A DNA stretch of 64,000 nucleotides, from positions 4,032,001 to 4,096,000 of the forward strand of contig OZ242260.1 in assembly GCA_965207065.1 (NCBI GenBank), in the 5' to 3' direction. The stretch comes from a bacterium (lineage in GTDB: Bacteria > UBA8248). This document shows positions 58,781 through 64,000 of the stretch, piece after piece. The notes under the pieces were generated by a model. It worked only from the letters and a program-made list of their open reading frames with translations. It had not been told where the DNA came from and searched no databases. The translations under genes and the position numbers were made by a program. Numbering within the stretch: position 1 is the stretch's first letter; each line of letters starts with the position of its first letter.

Positions 58781-60859
58781 ATGCTGATCAAACGCATCCT
58801 GCTGCTGCTACCCATTCTCATCGCGGCCGCGTTGTTCCAGTCATATTTCTGGGTTCCGACGTTCTCCGACCAGACCAAAGGCGGCAGCGACGAGCGCCTC
58901 CGCCAGTTCATCACCGGCTCCATCGGTGACGCGCAAATCCTGAACCCTATCCTTCACGCGGACACGGCGAGCGGGGCCATCGTCGATCAGATATTCGAAG
59001 GCCTCATCGACAGGGACCGCGACCTCTCCTACCGGGGTCGGCTGGCCGCCTCGTGGAAAATCTACGAGGAGGCGTTCTTCGTGCCCCATCCCGAGGGGCC
59101 GGGCGCCAGGGCTCTCGTAGAGCGCATCGAGCGGACGCGCGGCGCGGGCGAGGCCGCGTGGCTGAAAAACATCGAAAAGATCGAAGCCTTCGCTCCCGCC
59201 GAACAGAAAACAGCCATCCGCACCCCGCCGGCCAAGGGCGAGAAAAGGCCCGGGAAAAAAGATATCGTCATCGCCTATCCCGAGCGGGTGAAGGTGACGC
59301 TCAAGAGCGTGGATCAGGACCTCTTCAAGCATCTGGAGAAGCTGCTGGGCGAGAAATGGGTCGCCAAAGACCCCGCTTCTCTCATAAAAACCAAGCTGCC
59401 CAAGCCCCTGCTTCCCTTCGCCGCGCAGCGCGTAAAGCTCACCGAGCACAACCCGATCATCATCTTCAAGCTCAGGCAAGGCGTGCGCTTCCACGACGGC
59501 CACGAGTTCGACTCCGGCGACGTGCGCTTCACCTATAATGCGATCATCAATCCCAAGAATCTTTCCCCAAGGGTGCCCGATTACGAACCCGTGAAGCGCG
59601 TGGAAACGCCCGGCAGGTTCACAGTCAAGATCACATACAAGCGGCTCTACTCCCCCGCTTTCGGCTCCTGGGGCATGGGGATGCTGCCCGAACATCTGCT
59701 GAACGCCAAGAAGATCGCCGAAGAAGCGAAGCAAAAGGGGAAGGACCCCAAGACGTTCAGCTTGCGCGACAGCGCGTTCAACCGAAAACCCGTCGGCACG
59801 GGCCCGTTCAAGTTCAAGGAATGGCGCTCGGACGAACTCATCCGCCTGGCCAGAAACGACGACTACTGGGAGGGGCCGCCCGAGTATCACGAATACGTCT
59901 ACAGAATCCTGCCGGACCCCCTCACGCAGGAGATCACCTTCTACGCGGGCACGGTGGACCGCTACGGGGCGGGCGCGCACCAGGTCGAGCGGCTCAAGAA
60001 GGACCCCAGGTTCCAGGTGTTCTCGGGCCTGGGATTCGGGTTCGCCTACATCGGCTACAACATGCGGCGCTGGCCGTTTCAGGACGCGCGCGTGCGCAGG
60101 GCGCTGGGCATGGCGGTGGACACCAGGCAGATTCACCGCTACGTGATGAACGGCGAGGCCGAGGACATCACGGGCCCGTTCGTGAAGCAAAGCCCGCACT
60201 ACAACCGCAGCGTCAAACCCCTGGCCTACGACCCCAAAGGGGCGGAGCGGCTGCTGCACGAGGCGGGGTTCCGGAAAAAAGACGGGGTCCTGATGAAAGA
60301 CGGCAAGCCCCTGGCCTTCACCCTGATGACGAACCACGGCAACGAGATCAGGCGCGCCGTCGGCACCGTCGTCCAGGACGCCTGGAAGAAGATCGGCGTG
60401 AAAATCACCTTCTCGCAAGTCGAATGGGCCGTGTTCATCCGAAAATACATCAACCAGCTCAATTTCGACGCGGTCGTCCTCGGCTGGAGCATGGGTCTCG
60501 ACCCGGACCTCTACCAGATCTGGCACTCGAGCCAGACGAACAAGGGCCAGCTCAACTTCGTGGGCTACAAGAACCCCAAGGCGGACGACCTCATCATCAA
60601 GATCCGCCAGGAATACGACCTGGCGAAACAGGTCAGCTACGCGCACGCGCTCCACCGCATCATCGCGGCGGATCAGCCCTATACGTTCCTGTACGTGAGC
60701 AAGTGGACGGCGCTGCTCGACCGGAAAATCGCCATCGCCAGGCGTCTGAAGGGCGGCGCATTACGGCCGGAAAAAATTCGCCCCACCATCACGGGAAACT
60801 TTTCGTTCGACTTCAACGAGTGGCTGAAATTCCCCCGCATCCCCCAGTTCGAGAACTAA
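58781..60859 (+). CDS. Family-5 (Opp/Dpp-like) ABC substrate-binding protein with N-terminal membrane anchor and internal insertion
   Basis: IFEGLID, FKLRQGVRFHDG, DVRFTY, PVGTGPFKF, VRRAL. Confidence 0.9.
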   Translation: MLIKRILLLLPILIAAALFQSYFWVPTFSDQTKGGSDERLRQFITGSIGDAQILNPILHADTASGAIVDQIFEGLIDRDRDLSYRGRLAASWKIYEEAFFVPHPEGPGARALVERIERTRGAGEAAWLKNIEKIEAFAPAEQKTAIRTPPAKGEKRPGKKDIVIAYPERVKVTLKSVDQDLFKHLEKLLGEKWVAKDPASLIKTKLPKPLLPFAAQRVKLTEHNPIIIFKLRQGVRFHDGHEFDSGDVRFTYNAIINPKNLSPRVPDYEPVKRVETPGRFTVKITYKRLYSPAFGSWGMGMLPEHLLNAKKIAEEAKQKGKDPKTFSLRDSAFNRKPVGTGPFKFKEWRSDELIRLARNDDYWEGPPEYHEYVYRILPDPLTQEITFYAGTVDRYGAGAHQVERLKKDPRFQVFSGLGFGFAYIGYNMRRWPFQDARVRRALGMAVDTRQIHRYVMNGEAEDITGPFVKQSPHYNRSVKPLAYDPKGAERLLHEAGFRKKDGVLMKDGKPLAFTLMTNHGNEIRRAVGTVVQDAWKKIGVKITFSQVEWAVFIRKYINQLNFDAVVLGWSMGLDPDLYQIWHSSQTNKGQLNFVGYKNPKADDLIIKIRQEYDLAKQVSYAHALHRIIAADQPYTFLYVSKWTALLDRKIAIARRLKGGALRPEKIRPTITGNFSFDFNEWLKFPRIPQFEN

Positions 60860-60860
60860 C

Positions 60861-61856
60861 ATGGGCGCCTATATCATCCGCACTTCGCTGTTCAAGCTGG
60901 TGACGCTGTTCATCATCTCGATCGTGAGTTTTCTCATCATCCATCTCGCGCCCGGCGAGCCGAGCCAGATCGACCCCCTGAACCCGCGCTTCACACAGGA
61001 AGACCTCGCGCGCTACCGCGCGGCCTTCGACCTCGACAAGCCGCTTCCGGTCCAATACTGGCTCTTCTACAAGAAATTCTTCACCGGTGAACTCGCCAGT
61101 TTGAAGGACAACCAGCCGGTATTCGGAAAAATATGGCGGCGCTTCCTGATCAGCCTTCCCCTGTTCATCGTGGGAACCATCATCACCTGGTGCCTCTCGT
61201 TTCCGCTGGGAATCGCGGGCGCTTTGCGGCGCTACAGCGTATTCGACCGCTCCACCACCTTCATGAGCTATCTCATGATCTCGATGCCGAGCTTCTTTCT
61301 GGCCTACATATTGATCATCGCCGTCGTTCAGGGGTTCACGCTGCCCTTCACCGATTACCACGTGCCGGGTCTGGAAGTCTCCGTCCTGGGCATCGAGACC
61401 TTCGGCCGGGGCGACGTCTCCCCCCTGTTCCGGATCAACGACCGCATCTGGCATCTGGTGCTGCCGAGTCTCGTGGGCGCCATCGGCGGCATCGCCGTGC
61501 TTTCACGATACGTGCGCGGGCAGATGATAGAGGTGGTGGATTCCGACTTCATCCGCACGGCCCACTCGAAGGGCCTGGATGAGAACACCGTGAACTACGT
61601 CCACGCCTTGCGAAACGCAGGACTCCCCTTCGTCACCATGTTCGGCCTCATCCTGCCGGGGCTGATCGGCGGCTCGGTCATCATCGAGAACATCTTCGCA
61701 TGGCCCGGCATGGGTCGGCTGGGCTTCGAAGCCGTGCTGGCAAGGGATTATCCGGTGATATTAAGTCTTAACTTCATCTCCGCCATCCTGGTCGTCATCG
61801 GCACCTTTATCTCCGATATACTGCTCGTCATCGTCGACCCGAGGATTCGCCTGTGA
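60861..61856 (+). CDS. Peptide ABC permease (OppB/DppB-like)
   Basis: LDKPLPVQY, EAA-loop DFIRTAHSKGL, IFAWPGMG, RDYP, DPRIR. Confidence 0.93.
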   Translation: MGAYIIRTSLFKLVTLFIISIVSFLIIHLAPGEPSQIDPLNPRFTQEDLARYRAAFDLDKPLPVQYWLFYKKFFTGELASLKDNQPVFGKIWRRFLISLPLFIVGTIITWCLSFPLGIAGALRRYSVFDRSTTFMSYLMISMPSFFLAYILIIAVVQGFTLPFTDYHVPGLEVSVLGIETFGRGDVSPLFRINDRIWHLVLPSLVGAIGGIAVLSRYVRGQMIEVVDSDFIRTAHSKGLDENTVNYVHALRNAGLPFVTMFGLILPGLIGGSVIIENIFAWPGMGRLGFEAVLARDYPVILSLNFISAILVVIGTFISDILLVIVDPRIRL

Positions 61857-63355
61857 ACGAAACCCTCGAAATGCGCGAGATGGTCGAGGAGATGGGGGAG
61901 GAACTCACTCCCGGCCAGCGCGTATGGCGTCACCTGCGGCAAAACAGGATGGCGATGGCGGGCGGCGTGGTGCTGGTGTTCTTCTTTGCCCTGGCGGCGA
62001 TTGGCTTCGTCAATTCCGCTCTCATGAGCGAGCCGATGTTCGACGCGAACGTCGTGCGCCTGCCGGACAAGCTCATGGCCCCCTTCTCCGCTCCGACGAC
62101 AAGCCAGATACCCAAAGAAAACCTCCCGCGCCTCGGGATATACGTGTTCGGCACCGACGATCTGGGCCGCGACGTGTTCTCCAGAATGCTCGAGGGCACC
62201 TTCATCTCGATGTCGGTCGGCTTCGTGGCCATCGGCATCGCCACGTTCCTGGGAGTCGCGATTGGCGGGATCGCAGGCTTTTACGGAGAGATCAAGCCAA
62301 GCGGCGCGCCCCTGTTCGGCTTCATCGGGGCGGGCCTCACCGGCTACGCCGTGTGGAACGAGTTGGGATTTCTGGCTTTGCTCTTCTGTGCGCTAGGAGG
62401 AGGCGCCGGGCTATCCGTGCGCCGCGACGGGCGCTCCCTGTTCCTCGAGGGCATGATATTCGGCGCGCTGCTGGGCCTGGCGCTCGGCCCGTTCGATCCG
62501 TTCGGGTTCACCGGCTTCACCTCGGATTCCGGCCTTCAGGTGCGCGCGCCCTATTGGCGCGAGGGATTCCTGGGCGCGGCCTGTCTCGTAACGCTCGCCG
62601 CCTTCGGAGGGGCGCAAGGCGCGAACGCGGAGGAAAGCGCGGCGGACGGCGTCTCCATAAGCGCGGTGACGGGCGGTGGCGCCGTCTATTTCGTCCTCCT
62701 GCTCTTTGGCCTCTATCTCGCCTATCCGGGCCATACGGCGCATCTCTGGACGAGCGTCGGGGGCGCGGCGGTTTTCGTATACCTCTACCAGAGATTCGAG
62801 GTCACCGAGCTGCTTCAAAGATTCCGCCTGCCCAAGGTGGACATCATCTACACCACTATCGTGGACGTGCAGCTTTCGTTCCCCTCGTTTTTCGTGCTCT
62901 TGACCATCCTCGCCCTCGTGACGCCCAACATCTGGATCATCATGGTGGTCATCGGCGTCCTGGGCTGGGTGGGGCCCGCGCGTTTCGTGCGCGCGGAGAT
63001 CCTCTCGCTGCGGGAACAGCCCTTCGTGGAGTCCGCGCGCTCCTCGGGCGGCTCGGACAGGCTCATCATCTTCCGCTATCTCATCCCCAATTCCCTGGCG
63101 CCCGTCCTGGTATCGGCCACCATCGGCATCGCGGGCGCGATCCTGACAGAAGCGAGCCTGAGCTTTCTCGGCTTCGGCGTTCCGCCGCCCCAGGCGAGCT
63201 GGGGGAACATCTTCTCGGACGGCAAGAAATACATCTTCGACGCCCCCTGGCTCACCTTCATCCCGGGTTTTGCGATACTCGTCGTCATGCTCGCCTTCAA
63301 CCTCTTCGGCGAGGGCCTGCGCGACGCCATGAACCCGAGGGCGAACAGCAAATAG
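61853..63355 (+). CDS. Peptide ABC permease (OppC/DppC-like) with large hydrophobic insertion
   Basis: FGTDDLGRDVFSR, ARFVRAE, FVESAR, EASLSFLGFG, GEGLRDAMNP; 500 aa versus about 300 typical. Confidence 0.9.
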   Translation: MNETLEMREMVEEMGEELTPGQRVWRHLRQNRMAMAGGVVLVFFFALAAIGFVNSALMSEPMFDANVVRLPDKLMAPFSAPTTSQIPKENLPRLGIYVFGTDDLGRDVFSRMLEGTFISMSVGFVAIGIATFLGVAIGGIAGFYGEIKPSGAPLFGFIGAGLTGYAVWNELGFLALLFCALGGGAGLSVRRDGRSLFLEGMIFGALLGLALGPFDPFGFTGFTSDSGLQVRAPYWREGFLGAACLVTLAAFGGAQGANAEESAADGVSISAVTGGGAVYFVLLLFGLYLAYPGHTAHLWTSVGGAAVFVYLYQRFEVTELLQRFRLPKVDIIYTTIVDVQLSFPSFFVLLTILALVTPNIWIIMVVIGVLGWVGPARFVRAEILSLREQPFVESARSSGGSDRLIIFRYLIPNSLAPVLVSATIGIAGAILTEASLSFLGFGVPPPQASWGNIFSDGKKYIFDAPWLTFIPGFAILVVMLAFNLFGEGLRDAMNPRANSK

Positions 63356-63388
63356 CGGCTTGGCGGGGATGGACCGGCTCGGGAGGCG

Positions 63389-63418
63389 TTGACAGCCAAG
63401 CGCGCGCGACGCTATATA
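63389..63418 (+). promoter_or_regulatory. Putative sigma70 promoter for tRNA-Leu
   Basis: TTGACA-18 nt-TATATA, 44 nt upstream of the tRNA. Confidence 0.5.
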
Positions 63419-63462
63419 GCCTCTTGCCCCGAGCGTTGGTTCGAGAAGACGCCCGGGCGCTT

Positions 63463-63549
63463 GCCCAAGTGGTGGAATTGGTAGACACGCTAGCTTGAGG
63501 GGCTAGTGGGGGCAACCCCGTGTCGGTTCGAGTCCGGCCTTGGGCACCA
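63463..63549 (+). tRNA. tRNA-Leu (anticodon GAG)
   Basis: GCCCAAG/CTTGGGC acceptor stem, CTAGC-TTGAGGG-GCTAG anticodon arm, long variable arm, GGTTCGAGTCC T-arm, encoded CCA. Confidence 0.96.
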
Positions 63550-63842
63550 CCTACCTTACTGCAATCCCTTGCAAATCAACACTATCTCCCGCAAGCCCCT
63601 TGAAATACAGGGGGTATTAACGACCTGATCCTTTCTCAATTATCGCGGATGAGGTTTGTCCGACGCATCCGAGCGGGCGAGGCGACTTTTTGTTTTCACT
63701 GAAAATTTTTGTTATCGTTCGAACTCAATAATTTTGGACACTACGGTCACTACCCAGACGAATGCACAGACTCGCGCTCCGACTATAGCGTGAGATCGAT
63801 CATGGCGGTTCGTAAGATTTCCCCGTCACCCAGGAGATGGAG

Positions 63843-64000
63843 ATGAAAAGAACCTTCGTCGTCTCGGCCATCGCGGCCTCAGCGGCCTTCGCGACACCCA
63901 CAGACGCGCACAACGCCAACTGCCTGGACTATCTCACGGCCGAGGTCGCGTTCGAGGAGGAGGTCGCTATACACCGGCAAGCCAAAGAGGCAGCCAACAA
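63843..64000 (+). CDS. Secreted hypothetical protein, truncated by the window end
   Basis: AGGAG/GGAG RBS; MKRTFVVSAIAASAAFATPTDA signal-peptide-like start. Confidence 0.55.
   Translation, partial: MKRTFVVSAIAASAAFATPTDAHNANCLDYLTAEVAFEEEVAIHRQAKEAAN

Overview
GC-rich bacterial chromosomal segment. It holds core genes (aroA, tenA, tag, rimI, cvpA-like, divergent pgi, gap-pgk-tpiA-secG, tRNA-Leu(GAG)) and many scavenging or catabolic genes: paired MBL hydrolases, paired acyl-CoA synthetases, TRAP, LIV-type and Opp-type transporters, an amidohydrolase, CocE, a hydantoinase/oxoprolinase A+B pair and SDRs. Lower-GC defence-like genes are interspersed: GmrSD, a 2010-aa DUF4011-helicase-Vsr (Hhe-like) gene, a LEM-3-like GIY-YIG protein, a RES protein and decayed VapBC modules. 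No integrase, transposase or CRISPR array is visible. Most notable: (1) the 6-kb Hhe-like gene lies between two 268-bp near-identical copies of the 3' end of the adjacent SDR gene; (2) a conserved non-coding element (~150-bp core) occurs twice, inverted, each copy facing a defence gene; (3) MITE-like elements with GTTGAAAAA/TTTTTCAAC ends carry several unrelated REP-like palindrome types, and one appears to supply the RBS of an unannotated 36-aa hydrophobic peptide. All family assignments come from motif recognition by eye, not database searches.
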